NCBI GenBank assembly: GCA_965214705.1
Contig: CBDCCI010000002.1
Span: 672,001-736,000, forward strand
Length of the DNA stretch: 64,000 nt
Direction of reading: 5' to 3'
From: Alphaproteobacteria bacterium
GTDB lineage: Bacteria; Pseudomonadota; Alphaproteobacteria; UBA828
In this document: piece after piece, positions 50,238 through 60,815 of the stretch
How positions within the stretch are numbered: position 1 is the first letter of the stretch
Layout of the letters: the number at the start of each line of letters is the position of its first letter
Program-made: the position numbers and the translations under genes
The notes under the pieces: generated by a model
Seen by the model: only the letters and a program-made list of their open reading frames with translations
The model's database searches: none
What the model was told of the DNA's origin: nothing

Positions 50238-51572
50238 ATGAGCTGGAACGAGCGACGCGAACCATGGTCCTCGCAAGATGACGACGCGAGGTCGCAGTTC
50301 GACATGGACTACGCGCGAATAGTCCATTCCGCATCATTTCGGAGACTACAGGGTAAGACTCAAATCCTAAACCTCGGCGACAGCGACTTCTACAGAACAC
50401 GGCTTACCCACTCTTTGGAAGTTGCACAAATTGCAGGGGGAATAGTTCAACAGTTGAGAAAAGATTGCGTGAACCATGAAGCACGTTCGCTGTTGCCAGA
50501 GCATAGTCTCATCCAAACGATTGGCTTTGCCCACGATTTGGGTCACCCGCCTTTTGGCCACGGCGGCGAAGTTGCGCTAAATTACTGCATGCGAAATGAC
50601 GGCGGATTTGAAGGCAACGGTCAAACACTCCGTATCCTTTCTAAACTGGAGACTTTTTCCAAGAACAATGGCGCAAATCTGACACGACGCACTCTGCTAG
50701 GCTTGCTAAAGTACCCTGTTTCCTATAGTAGGGCTTCCGCAGAAGTGGAACAAGGGGATATGGAAACACCTGGGTCGTCTATCAAGATCATTGATAGACG
50801 ACGGTTTAAGCCACCCAAGTGCTTTTTGGATACCGAGGAAAGCGTGGTTAGGTGGATTTTGGAACCGCTGAGTCAGAACGATCGAAACACTTTTCTACAA
50901 ACGATCAAGGGGAATGATGGGGATCGTAAACCAGTACACAAGTCCTTCGACTGCACCATCATGGACGTTGCTGATGATATTGCATATGGCGTTCACGACC
51001 TGGAGGATGCAATTGAACTTGACTTGATATCGGAAAACAACTTCAGATGTTTGGTTCATGAGAAAGAATGTGTAACATTTCTGCGGTCTTTAGAACAACG
51101 ATATCCAGAGGAACCGACGGATTACGATTTTCTCGTGAAGAACTTGTTCAAAGAAAGAGCTACCCGCAAGCGTTATATTTCTCGATTAGTGCATCATTTT
51201 ATAGCGGACGTAAAGATGGGGGTCCAAGACAAGTTTTCCGACCCTCTCTTGCAATACCGGACCGGTCTCGATCCGGAGTCGACTACTTTTCTGAACGCAT
51301 TGAAAAGACTGATCCACGAAAGGGTCATCATGAGCCCCAGAGTTCAGCATCTCGAATTCAAAGGACAGCAGATGGTCGTGTCAGTGTTCGAGGCCTTGCA
51401 ATCCGATCCAAAGTCACTTGTACCGCGCGATGCCTTCCCCAATGTAAAGGGCGGAGAGTTGAATGATCGCTACATTTGCGATTATGTCGCTGCGATGACG
51501 GACGGGTCTCTTCTGAAGACATACGAGAGGCTCTTTAGCCCAAGAATGGGATCGGTTTTTGATCGACTATGA
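50238..51572 (+). CDS. dgt: dGTP triphosphohydrolase (candidate anti-phage dGTPase)
   Basis: FRRLQGKTQ, RTRLTHSLEV, AHDLGHPPFGHGGE, FEGNGQ, KYP, ADDIAY..HDLED, DYVAAMTD. Confidence 0.93.
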   Translation: MSWNERREPWSSQDDDARSQFDMDYARIVHSASFRRLQGKTQILNLGDSDFYRTRLTHSLEVAQIAGGIVQQLRKDCVNHEARSLLPEHSLIQTIGFAHDLGHPPFGHGGEVALNYCMRNDGGFEGNGQTLRILSKLETFSKNNGANLTRRTLLGLLKYPVSYSRASAEVEQGDMETPGSSIKIIDRRRFKPPKCFLDTEESVVRWILEPLSQNDRNTFLQTIKGNDGDRKPVHKSFDCTIMDVADDIAYGVHDLEDAIELDLISENNFRCLVHEKECVTFLRSLEQRYPEEPTDYDFLVKNLFKERATRKRYISRLVHHFIADVKMGVQDKFSDPLLQYRTGLDPESTTFLNALKRLIHERVIMSPRVQHLEFKGQQMVVSVFEALQSDPKSLVPRDAFPNVKGGELNDRYICDYVAAMTDGSLLKTYERLFSPRMGSVFDRL

Positions 51573-51658
51573 ATGTACAGATAGGACAATCGCCCTCTGT
51601 CGTCGAGTTCGTTGAGGGCTGGCTGGTCCACGAGTTGAACGGTGTACTAGCGGCGCGG

Positions 51659-52915
51659 TCAGACGACGCGAGCCGGTAGTTCTAGTTCGTGGTTGCCAAC
51701 CTCATTCCTGTACTTCTGGAGCAACTCGGCCTCGGCACGCTCCGATCGGTCCAGCATGTACAAAAGCAATTCAAGGAGAGTGCGCCTCGCGAAACGACGA
51801 ATCGTGCGGGTGGCCGGGTTCCACATCAATCCGGAATACGGGCTGGAGCCTAAGTCCCTCGGGAGTTTCGCCGTTTCCGCGACCGCGTCGACGAGGCCCA
51901 ATTCGTGCGTGAGGCGCGCGATGATGGTGACAAAAACGATCAGACCGGCGGGACGGAACAGGGCGCTCTCGTTCCGGTACCGGCGGACAACTGACTCGGT
52001 ATCCTCAGCGGAGAAGAAGTCACCCAGTTCGGGGAAGCCCTCGGCGAGCGCCTCGAAGAGTTCCCTCGTATGCCGGTAGTACTTGTTCAGGCGGTCGTCG
52101 TCCGGCCGGGACTTCTTCAGTTTGGCGGCCGAGGTGCGCAAGGGAATGTCGGCCAGCGTGTACCAGGTGAGCAGGATGTCGTAGAGATTGACTATGGTGG
52201 TGAGGCTCGTGACGTTGGACTGCGGCATGTTGCTCGAACCGACGAAGGCGATGCGGTCATCGCCGAACATGTCTGGGTTTTCGTCGATTAGCCAGCGGAC
52301 GGTCAACGCCATCACGTCGTCCTCGTCGAGCGCGATGACATCGAACTTGGAGACCGGCTTGGCCGTCTTGTTCAGGGTTGTAAATTGACGCCGGGTCCTG
52401 CGCAGGCCTTCGTCCGACTTCTCGTGCGCCACGAACATGACGGGGACCTCGTCAGTCTGAGCATGGGCGCTTAACTCCTCCACGGCGGCCTTGATTCCGG
52501 ACAGTCGGTGCTGGCCGTCGACCGCAAAAAGACTCTCGTCACCACGCAGGGTGAGGAAGCCGACGGATAGCATGGTGTCAGGAGACAGGGACTCGAGTTC
52601 GTCCGGGGTCCCCTTTTTCTGGACGTTGGTGAGAGGATGCCAGTTGGGCTGGCCGCCGTAGGTGGCGACGACGAGCGCATTGAAGAGGCGGTCCGGTTGC
52701 GTCGTGAGATAGTCGGCAATCTCCCTGGCCCGCTTGTCCTTCAGCTGGCGTTGGATCATCTCGGACAGCCGTTCGCTCTTGTGAAGCTCATCGGCGTAAT
52801 CAACCCGGCTTGCCAGGGTCGGCAAGTCGACTAGGCAGCAGTAGTAGACCCAGTCGCCCATCATGCCGCGGAGGGCGGGGAGCACGATCGAACCGGAAGT
52901 GCTCTCGTCGGTCAC
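51659..52915 (-). CDS. DGQHR domain / DndB-like protein
   Basis: PALRG.MGDWVYY, IQR, VDGQHR, FTTLNKTAKPV. Confidence 0.88.
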   Translation of the reverse strand: MTDESTSGSIVLPALRGMMGDWVYYCCLVDLPTLASRVDYADELHKSERLSEMIQRQLKDKRAREIADYLTTQPDRLFNALVVATYGGQPNWHPLTNVQKKGTPDELESLSPDTMLSVGFLTLRGDESLFAVDGQHRLSGIKAAVEELSAHAQTDEVPVMFVAHEKSDEGLRRTRRQFTTLNKTAKPVSKFDVIALDEDDVMALTVRWLIDENPDMFGDDRIAFVGSSNMPQSNVTSLTTIVNLYDILLTWYTLADIPLRTSAAKLKKSRPDDDRLNKYYRHTRELFEALAEGFPELGDFFSAEDTESVVRRYRNESALFRPAGLIVFVTIIARLTHELGLVDAVAETAKLPRDLGSSPYSGLMWNPATRTIRRFARRTLLELLLYMLDRSERAEAELLQKYRNEVGNHELELPARVV

Positions 52916-53478
52916 GAGAACGCCGCCATCATTGCCTTAGTGTCGGCTTCGATGTCGCCCTTGCAGCAAGGGGGGAGAAACGCGGTGATCAAACGCTGTT
53001 CCATGGCCTCGAGTTCCGCCGTGGTGACCTTGTCGTCGACGGGTGCGAAATGGAATCGCAGGATAGGGTGCCAATTGACGATCATCCACCCTAGTGCCGG
53101 TCGACGTCCCACTTCGCTCGGTTTGAAATAGTCCTGGTATCGGGCGCGCAGCGATCGGCGGGAATGGCGGCCGGCGATGCCGATGTACATGATGTAACCG
53201 TGCGGCGGCAGGAATGTGCGCTGGTCGGCGATGATGAAGGCGTATAGCCCTCGCTGATCGTTGGGAACATGCTGGATCTCGTTCTTGTCGAACCTGATGG
53301 AGTTCCAATGGAAAGGGTTCTCGGAAGGTTCAAGGGCGAGGATGGCGTCGGTGTTCAGGATAAATTTGATCTCGTACGCCCGAATTTCGGCCAGAGCGAC
53401 GTCCCTCTGTCGCGCAAGAGTCTCCATGTTCAGGGAGCCCAGGTCGGCTGGAGTGTCGGCGGACGGTGTGGACGGCAT
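52912..53478 (-). CDS. GIY-YIG-like nuclease
   Basis: GLYAF..MYIGIAG..SLRARY..E..LI..PPC; stop overlaps start of the DGQHR gene; start uncertain. Confidence 0.7.
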   Translation of the reverse strand: MPSTPSADTPADLGSLNMETLARQRDVALAEIRAYEIKFILNTDAILALEPSENPFHWNSIRFDKNEIQHVPNDQRGLYAFIIADQRTFLPPHGYIMYIGIAGRHSRRSLRARYQDYFKPSEVGRRPALGWMIVNWHPILRFHFAPVDDKVTTAELEAMEQRLITAFLPPCCKGDIEADTKAMMAAFS

Positions 53479-53853
53479 AGGCGGGTGTACATCATTCTGC
53501 GGAGTGGGGCCGGGGGGAGGAGCGGACGCGCGACCCGCGCCGAAACGCGGGCTTCGGAGGAAGACCAGGACGACCATGCTCCTCCCGAGAGAGGATCAAT
53601 ATTTGTCCCGGTTCCGTCAAGATACCGTGCTCGCCCGCCCGTGTGCCCGACATCTCACAATCGCAGACCGGGCTCCGCAGGCCCCTCGGTGATTGCTGCA
53701 CCCTCCCTGCGTGCATGAGCAACGGATCAAGGTGTTGCCACTTCCAAGACGCGGGCTCAATGATTCGGGCGAGCACTCAACACCTTGATCATGGCCGGGC
53801 GTGGTTGACCGGCCGCTTGGTGCCAAGAATTCCCGGTGCTGCCCGTTGTCGCA

Positions 53854-55108
53854 CTACAGCCATCCCCGCGCGCGGAATGCGTTGAGATCCACGCCGGGCG
53901 GCGCGTACCAGCCATCCGCCCCGTACCGGGCGCCCATGCTGTACGCCACTTCCTTGTTTCCGTAGGGAATCCGAAGCGGTGTTGGCGAACCCGCACTCGT
54001 CAGTGCCGTTTCGACCGGAGCTTTCGTCCGGACACGCTCCGGCCCGGACGTCCCACGCGAAGCTGTCGCTTTCTGCCTCTCCGTGCCCGGCCGGGTCCCC
54101 CCCCGGCTTGCGCGGCTTCCCGCCCCGTGACGCAGAACCGGCCGTCCCGCCGCCCGAATTCCTTCCCTCCCCCTGCCCGGAGTTCCGCCTCGGGGCATGC
54201 TCATCGAGGAACGCCCGGCAGATCGTGGCGGACTTCGTATAGCCCCTGGGCGGCTTGATCCCCTTGCTCTTCGCGATCGACGCGGCGAACTTCCGCATCT
54301 TCGCCGTCGGCGGCCGGTCCCCGCCGCGGCCATCGGCTTCGCCGAGGATCACGTCTTCTCCATCCGCGCTGCGCTCCCCGAGCCGGCCGATGATGCGCCG
54401 GGCCGAATCGCATACCGCGTCGATCGCCCCCGTCATCTCCTGCCGGCCGGTCAGCACGTCGTCCAGCAGGCACTCGAGCTCCGCCGTCACGCCCGGGTCC
54501 ACCAGCGCGGGATCGGCACGCTTCAGCACGCCGAACAGCGCGAGGCCCCGGTCCGTCGGCACGATGTTCTTGCCCTGCGCCGTCAGGAACCCCTGCTTCT
54601 TCAGGCCCGAGATGATCTCCGCCCGCGTCGCCGGCGTGCCGATCCCCTTGGCCTCCCGCAGCCGCTCGCGGAGCGCCTCGTCCTCGACGAAGCGCCATGC
54701 GTTCTGCATCGCCTCGATCAGCGTGCCTTCCCGGTAGCGCGGCGGCGGACGCGTCTCCTTGTCCTCGATCCCGGGATCGCTGAGCCGCGCGGTCTCGCCA
54801 TCCCGCAACGACGGCAGCGCCTGCGCCGCCTCGCCCTTCTCCTCGTCGGGCCTCCAGTCCGGAAAGGCGCCGCGCCAGCCGGCCTCGATGGGCTGGCGGC
54901 CGGTCGCCCGGAACTCGAATCCCCGCACGTCCAGCGTCACCGTGGTCTGGCGGTAGCGGTAGTCCGGCATGACCGAGGCCAGGTAGGACCGCGCGACCGC
55001 ATCGAACAGCTTCTTCTCGTCCGCCGTGAGACGAGGCCAGACCTCGCGCAGGTCGCCGATCCTGTTCACGTTGGGGACGATCGCGTGATGGCTCGCGCCC
55101 TCCAGCCC
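53854..55108 (-). pseudogene. topB: DNA topoisomerase III, C-terminal part with DUF5710-like tail (frame change at G8, 54097-54104)
   Basis: HHAI, KGIGTPATRAEII, PTAKM; LRIPYGNKE..GWYAPPG in shifted frame. Confidence 0.85.
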
Positions 55109-55340
55109 CTTGAACGAAGCCGCTACGCGGAGTTAGCGGCGTAGAGTTCATTCATTTCCGAGGCGTCGCGGGTGCCGTTTGTTCTGTGCGTTCGCTTCCC
55201 GGTTGCGTCAGTGGCGCTCCGCCCGTCGGGTGGCGGATCCCCAGCAGCCTCCCGATCACCAGTGGTTAGCATCGACCCCTGCGACGGACCGTCGCCGGAT
55301 CGGTCCGGCGGCGCGCCGTCGCGATCCAGGGAGATCGATA

Positions 55341-56219
55341 ATGACCGGGACCGCGTGCGACACGAACACCGTCACCCCTCTTCGCCAGCGCATGGAGGAG
55401 CAGCTCCGCATCGCCAATCTGGCCGCGAGCACGTCCAAGGCCTACATCTGCGAGATCAAGAACCTGGCCAGGTACTACGACGCCTCGCCGGACGAGCTCG
55501 ACGCCGAGCAGGTGCGCCAGTGGTACCTGGGGCGGATCGACAAGGGGCTCAGTCCGGGCACGACCAACGTCTCCTTCGCCGCGCTGAACTTCCTCTACAT
55601 CGACACACTCGGCTGGCCTGACCATGTCGCCGGCCTGCGCTCCCGCAAGAAGCCCGGCAAGCTGCCGCGCTACATGTCGGAGCAGGAGGTCGAGCACCTC
55701 ATCCTTGCGACACCCGACCTCCGCCACCGTGCTGCCATTGTCACCGGCTATGGCGGCGGGCTCCGCATCTCCGAGACCTTGGCCATCAAGGTCGGCGACA
55801 TCCTGTCGGAGAAGAAGCTGCTGCACATCCCCTCCGGCAAAGGCGGCACCGAGAGAATGGCACCGTTGCCGGACATCGTCATCCACTACTTGCGCGTCTA
55901 CTACAGGAACATCTGGCCGCGTCCGACGAACTGGCTCTTCTACGGCGTCTCGCTCGACAGGCCCATCGCAACGGAGACCTTGCAGGCCGCCTTCAGGAGG
56001 GCGCGCGACATTGCCGAGCTCGACCGCAGCTACACCTTCCATTGCCTGCGCCATTCGGCGGCGACCCATCTCCTCGAGCGCGGCGGCGATATCGAGGTGA
56101 TCCGGGACATGCTCGGCCATCGAAGCGCGAACACGACCCGTCACTACGCCCGCGTCACCGGCAAGATGTTCGAGGGCCTCGACCACCCGATCTCAGGCTT
56201 CGCAGCGTTGCGCAACTGA
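55341..56219 (+). CDS. Tyrosine recombinase of IS91-like element (copy 2)
   Basis: One visible aa difference from copy 1; full catalytic set. Confidence 0.92.
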   Translation: MTGTACDTNTVTPLRQRMEEQLRIANLAASTSKAYICEIKNLARYYDASPDELDAEQVRQWYLGRIDKGLSPGTTNVSFAALNFLYIDTLGWPDHVAGLRSRKKPGKLPRYMSEQEVEHLILATPDLRHRAAIVTGYGGGLRISETLAIKVGDILSEKKLLHIPSGKGGTERMAPLPDIVIHYLRVYYRNIWPRPTNWLFYGVSLDRPIATETLQAAFRRARDIAELDRSYTFHCLRHSAATHLLERGGDIEVIRDMLGHRSANTTRHYARVTGKMFEGLDHPISGFAALRN

Positions 56220-56225
56220 CGGCGC

Positions 56226-57467
56226 GTGGAGGCCGAACGCGCGGGCGTGGCGGAGATCTTCCGCCGCGCCGGCGCCGCTTTCCGTGAGCGCCACAAAGGG
56301 CGCATCGACGCCGCCCGGCTCAAGGTCATGGGCGCCATCGAGGCGTGCCGCACCGCCGTGCTCGGCGGCCACATGTACGCCTGCGAGGGCTGCGGGCGCG
56401 AGCATCCGCTCTTCAACTCCTGCCGCAACCGCCACTGCCCCACCTGCCAGGGTCTCGCCGCCAACCTCTGGAGCGAGGAGCGCGCCGGGGACATCCTGCC
56501 GGTGCCCTACTTCCATGTGGTCTTCACCCTGCCCAAGGAGGTTGCCGCCATTGCCTTCTGCAACCGCAGGGTGGTGTTCGACATCCTCTTCCGGGCCGTC
56601 GCCGAGACCCTGCGCACCATCGCCGCCGATCCCCGCCACGGCGGCATGCGCATCGGCGGCACCGCGGTCCTCCATACCTGGGATCAGAAGCTCCGCTTCC
56701 ACCCGCACCTGCACGTGGTCGTGCCCAACGCGGGCTTCGACGTAGACAGTGGCGAGTGGAAGACGGGGAGCACCACCTTCCTCGCCCCCGTCAAGGTCCT
56801 CGGCAGCCTGTTCCGCCGCCTCTTCCTCGAGGAGCTCGCCCGCGCCCACGGCCGGGGGGACCTGGAGTTCCACGGCACCGTCGCCCACCTCGCCAATCCC
56901 GGCGAGTTCCACGCCACGCTTGCCGCCGCCCGGGCCAGGGACTGGGTGGTCTACGCCAAGCGGCCCTTCCGCGGGCCTGAGCAGGTCTTCCGGTACCTCT
57001 CGCACTACACGCACAGGATCGCCATCTCCGACAGCCGCATCGTCTCCTTCGACGGCGAGACGGTCTCCTTCCGCCACCGAAAGCCCAAGGCGCCGGGGCA
57101 GAGAAAGCCGCGCTACGGCATCGCCACCGTGAGCGCCGACGAGTTCATCCGCCGCTTCCTGAGGCACGTCCTGCCGGACGGCATGCACCGCATTCGCTAC
57201 TTCGGCATCCTCGCCAACGGCTGCCGCGCCAGCACGCTGGAGAGAGCACGCCAGGCTCTCGGCGCCCTCGGCTGCGCCGCCCCCGAGGGAAGCGTGGACG
57301 GCGCTCGGGCCGAGCCCGACGAAGAGCCCGAGATCGGCACCGCGCCCGTGGCCTGCCCCCACTGCGGCGGCGTCATGCGCCTCGTCCGCGAAATCCGCCG
57401 CCGCCATGAGCCCCGCTCGACGCGCGGCCCGCCGGCGCTGCCGCCGACCCACAGGGGGAAACCGTGA
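56226..57467 (+). CDS. IS91-family rolling-circle transposase
   Basis: Zn-binding CxxC..NSCRNRHCPTC, HUH (HPHLH), YxxxY. Confidence 0.93.
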   Translation: MEAERAGVAEIFRRAGAAFRERHKGRIDAARLKVMGAIEACRTAVLGGHMYACEGCGREHPLFNSCRNRHCPTCQGLAANLWSEERAGDILPVPYFHVVFTLPKEVAAIAFCNRRVVFDILFRAVAETLRTIAADPRHGGMRIGGTAVLHTWDQKLRFHPHLHVVVPNAGFDVDSGEWKTGSTTFLAPVKVLGSLFRRLFLEELARAHGRGDLEFHGTVAHLANPGEFHATLAAARARDWVVYAKRPFRGPEQVFRYLSHYTHRIAISDSRIVSFDGETVSFRHRKPKAPGQRKPRYGIATVSADEFIRRFLRHVLPDGMHRIRYFGILANGCRASTLERARQALGALGCAAPEGSVDGARAEPDEEPEIGTAPVACPHCGGVMRLVREIRRRHEPRSTRGPPALPPTHRGKP

Positions 57468-57774
57468 GACGCCCGCTCGCTTCGGCCCCGCGCAACGGCG
57501 CCAAAGCGCCGACGCACGACCGAACCTGTCTCCGCTTGAGCCGGGCTGACAGCCCTCGGCTCACACCCCGCTCAGTCCTCGCAGCGTGCGCCCGCATGCC
57601 TGCCGAAAGACCGGCGCGAGCGTCGATTTTATGCGCAACTCTGCTGCCGGTGGATGCCGCCTGACGCTGACATCAGCGCACTTTCCACATAGCTCAACTT
57701 CGCCTCTCGTGGCCCGCGGCTTCGTTCAAAAGGGTTGGGCAGGCTCTCGAGAGAGAGCCTGCCCAACCCTTAAC

Positions 57775-58839
57775 CTTGTCGTGGAAGACGCCGTTCCGAC
57801 CCTTGCGGATCGCCGGCGGCGACGGCACCGGGATATCCGCGTAAGCCCGGCCTGCCCGCAGCCCCGCGACGATCTTCGGCACGTCCGCGGCGGCGCTCTC
57901 CGGCAGGTAGCGCACCTCGGCGCGGGGGTAGGTCAGGATCTTCTTGCCCTCCCCGTCGTAGAGCTCCTGCGCCACCTCCAGCGTCTTCGACGCCGACCAG
58001 CCGAAGCGCGAGCTGCACAGCTTCTGTAGCGACGGCAGGTCGTGCAGACGCGGCGGACGCTGGCGCTTGTCCTCCACCCGCACGCCGAGCGGTCCCTCGA
58101 ATTCCCGCGCCGCCTCGGCGACCGCCTCCGCCCTGCCGCGCTCGACGATGCGCTCCTTCGGCGCGTGCCGCATCCTGAACGCGCCGCCTTCGGCGTGCGC
58201 GGCCGCCACCACCTCGAAATACCCCGCCGGCACGAAGTCCCGGATCTCCAGCTCCCGCCGGCAGGCGATCGCCAGCGTCGGCGTCTTGACCCGGCCGATC
58301 CCGATCACGCCCCGGGAGCCCCGGCCCAGCGTCACCGTCGCGGTGCGAGTGAGCGACAGGTTATAGATCTGGTCCGCCTGCCGGCGTGCCACCGCCGCCT
58401 CGTAGAGCCAGGCGTGCTCGCCGTTCGGCCGGGCGCGCCGGAACGCCGCGCCGATGGTCTCCGCGTCCTGCGCCGTGAACAGCACCCGCAGCACCTCGCC
58501 CCGGTAGCGACAGTGCTCCAGGATCTCCTGTCCGATCAGCTGCCCCTCGCGGTCGCAGTCGGTGGCGAGCCATACCCGGTCGGCCGTCTTCAGCGCGGCC
58601 CGGATCGCCTTCAGCTTCGCTGCCTTGTTGCCGCCGGTGGCAGGCTTGGTGCCGTAGAGCCCGTCCGGCTTTAGCAATGCCGTCGACCAGCGCTTCCAGG
58701 CCGGGTTCACGTCCTCGGGCTCACACAGGTCCAGCAGGTGGCCCTCCGCCGCAAGCACCGTGCCGTAGCGCGAGCCCACGGCGGCCCGCACGTCCTTCGC
58801 CTGGCTCGCCTTCTCGGTGATGACGATCTGGCGCGTCAC
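57775..58839 (-). pseudogene. topB: DNA topoisomerase III, N-terminal part
   Basis: ITEK, GHL, ATDCDREG, GRVKTPTL, AQELY, TYPR. Confidence 0.9.
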
Positions 58840-60815
58840 GGCGCGCCCTCATGCGAGACCCCGCCGTCATCCCCCTCTGTCGCCGCGGCCGCGATGGCGG
58901 CCAGGAACGGCGCGGCGAACTCCTTCAGCTTGGCCGCGCCCACGCCGTTCACCTCGGCGAACTCCGCCTCGGTGCGCGGCCGCCGGCGCACCATGTCGAT
59001 CAATGTCCGGTCCGGGAACACGATATAGGCCGGCACGCCGCGCTCCCGCGCGATCTCCAGCCGAAGCACCTTGAGGGCGCCCAGCAGCGCCGTGTCCTCG
59101 CCGGCCAGGGCCGGCTCCCCGGCATCGCCCCGGGCCGCGCCGGAGGCCCGGGCCTTCGCGGGTCCGTGCGCGATGACCGTGTCCTCGCGGTAGAGGAATT
59201 CGCCGTCGCCGCGCAGCAGGCCCAGCCCCTTCTCCGTGATTCCGATCCCCCCGTAGCCCCCGATATCGATCCGCAGGAACCCCGTCGCCACCATCTGGCG
59301 GATCAGCGAGCGCCACTCGTTCTTGCCGCGCTCCGCGCCCACCCCGAAGGTCGGTATCCGGTCGTGGCCGAAACGCGCGATCTTGTCCGTCCCGGTCCCC
59401 CGCAGGATGTCGATCAGGTGCGCGGCCCCGAAGCGCTGACCCGACCGGTAGGCGGCCGAAAGGATCTTCCGCGCATCCTCGGTCCCGTCGATCCGCTCCG
59501 ACGGATCGAGGCAGACGTCGCAGTTGCCGCACGGCTCGATCCCCTCCCCGAAATACTCCAGCAGCGCCACACGCCGGCAGGCCGGCGCCTCGCAGTAGCC
59601 CAGCAGCGCATCGAGGCGCTTGTGCTCCCGGCGCTTGCGCTCCGGCCCCGCGTCCTCGTCCTCGATGAACTGCCGGCGCATCCGGATGTCCTCAAGGCCG
59701 TACAGCATGTGCGCCTCGGCCGGGGCGCCGTCGCGGCCCGCGCGGCCGATCTCCTGGTAGTAGGCCTCGACGCTGCCCGGCAGATCGGTGTGGAAGACGT
59801 AGCGCACGTCGGCCTTGTCGATCCCCATGCCGAAGGCGATGGTAGCGACGATCACCACGCCCGGCTTCGTCATGAATATGTTCTGGTGCGCCTCCCGCTC
59901 CTCCTTCTCCATGCCCGCGTGGTAGGGCAGCGCGCGCACCCCATTTGCCGCCAGCATGGCGGCGGTCTCCTCGGTCTTGCGGCGCGACAGGCAGTAGACG
60001 ATGCCGCTCTCGCCTTCGTGGCGTGCGATGAAGCTCCCGATCTGGCGCTTCCAGTCGCGCTTCATCTCCACCGCGAGCCTGATGTTGGGACGGTCGAAGC
60101 CGAGCACGAACTGCTCGGCCCGTCCGCCGAAGAGCTTGTCCACGATGTCGTTCCGCGTCACCTCGTCGGCGGTCGCCGTCAGCGCTGCGATGGGGACGCC
60201 GGGGAAGAGCTCGCGCAGCCGGCAGAGGTCCGCGTATTCCGGGCGGAAGGCCGGGCCCCACTGCGAGATGCAGTGGGCCTCGTCGATGGCGAAGAGCGTG
60301 ACCGGCAGACGGGCGAGCGCCGCCAGCATGCGCTCCGTCATCAGCCGCTCGGGAGCCATGTAGAGAAGCTGCGTCCGGCCCTCGGCCGCCCGGCGCCAAG
60401 CCGCGATGTTGGCGCCCCTGTCGTTCGCGGAGTTGATGCAGTCGGCAGCAACGCCCGCCAACCTGAGCGCGGACACCTGGTCCTGCATCAGCGCGATCAG
60501 GGGGGACACCACCACCGTGAGCCCGTCCATGACCAGGGCGGGGATCTGGAAGCAGAGGGACTTGCCCGAGCCCGTCGGCATCACGGTGAGCGCATGGCGG
60601 CCGTCGAGGAGCGCTTCGATCACGGCCTCCTGGCCGGGGCGGAACCCCTCGAAGCCGAAAACCTCCCGCAGCGCCCCGCGTGCCGCGCTCAACGGACCGC
60701 CTGCCGTGCCCGGCGGCCGCGCGGGCGCCCCTGATGACGACTCTGTCGGGCGGCTGGACGGTCCCGGCGGTTCGCTCCCTTCGAGCGTTTCAGGCCGCCG
60801 GTACTCCCTCTCCAT
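58836..60815 (-). CDS. recQ: ATP-dependent DNA helicase RecQ
   Basis: MPTGSGKSLC, DEAHC, ATIAFGMGIDK, QEIGRAGRDG, CGNCDVC, RQC and HRDC domains. Confidence 0.95.
   Translation of the reverse strand: MEREYRRPETLEGSEPPGPSSRPTESSSGAPARPPGTAGGPLSAARGALREVFGFEGFRPGQEAVIEALLDGRHALTVMPTGSGKSLCFQIPALVMDGLTVVVSPLIALMQDQVSALRLAGVAADCINSANDRGANIAAWRRAAEGRTQLLYMAPERLMTERMLAALARLPVTLFAIDEAHCISQWGPAFRPEYADLCRLRELFPGVPIAALTATADEVTRNDIVDKLFGGRAEQFVLGFDRPNIRLAVEMKRDWKRQIGSFIARHEGESGIVYCLSRRKTEETAAMLAANGVRALPYHAGMEKEEREAHQNIFMTKPGVVIVATIAFGMGIDKADVRYVFHTDLPGSVEAYYQEIGRAGRDGAPAEAHMLYGLEDIRMRRQFIEDEDAGPERKRREHKRLDALLGYCEAPACRRVALLEYFGEGIEPCGNCDVCLDPSERIDGTEDARKILSAAYRSGQRFGAAHLIDILRGTGTDKIARFGHDRIPTFGVGAERGKNEWRSLIRQMVATGFLRIDIGGYGGIGITEKGLGLLRGDGEFLYREDTVIAHGPAKARASGAARGDAGEPALAGEDTALLGALKVLRLEIARERGVPAYIVFPDRTLIDMVRRRPRTEAEFAEVNGVGAAKLKEFAAPFLAAIAAAATEGDDGGVSHEGAP

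Larger units (their letters stand above)
55109..57774 (+). mobile_element. IS91-like element (recombinase + Y2 transposase), intact copy 2
   Basis: Starts CTTGAACGAAGCC; ends with 19-bp-stem hairpin + AAC next to target CTTG; removal restores topB HDK-GLEG. Confidence 0.95.

Noticed and set aside
43784-52915. Canonical dndABCDE or sspABCD phosphorothioation cluster
   Set aside because: No SMC-like DndD, DndE or SspB/SspC recognisable; the PP-loop protein lacks the DndC-type SGGKDS; the DGQHR gene is on the opposite strand
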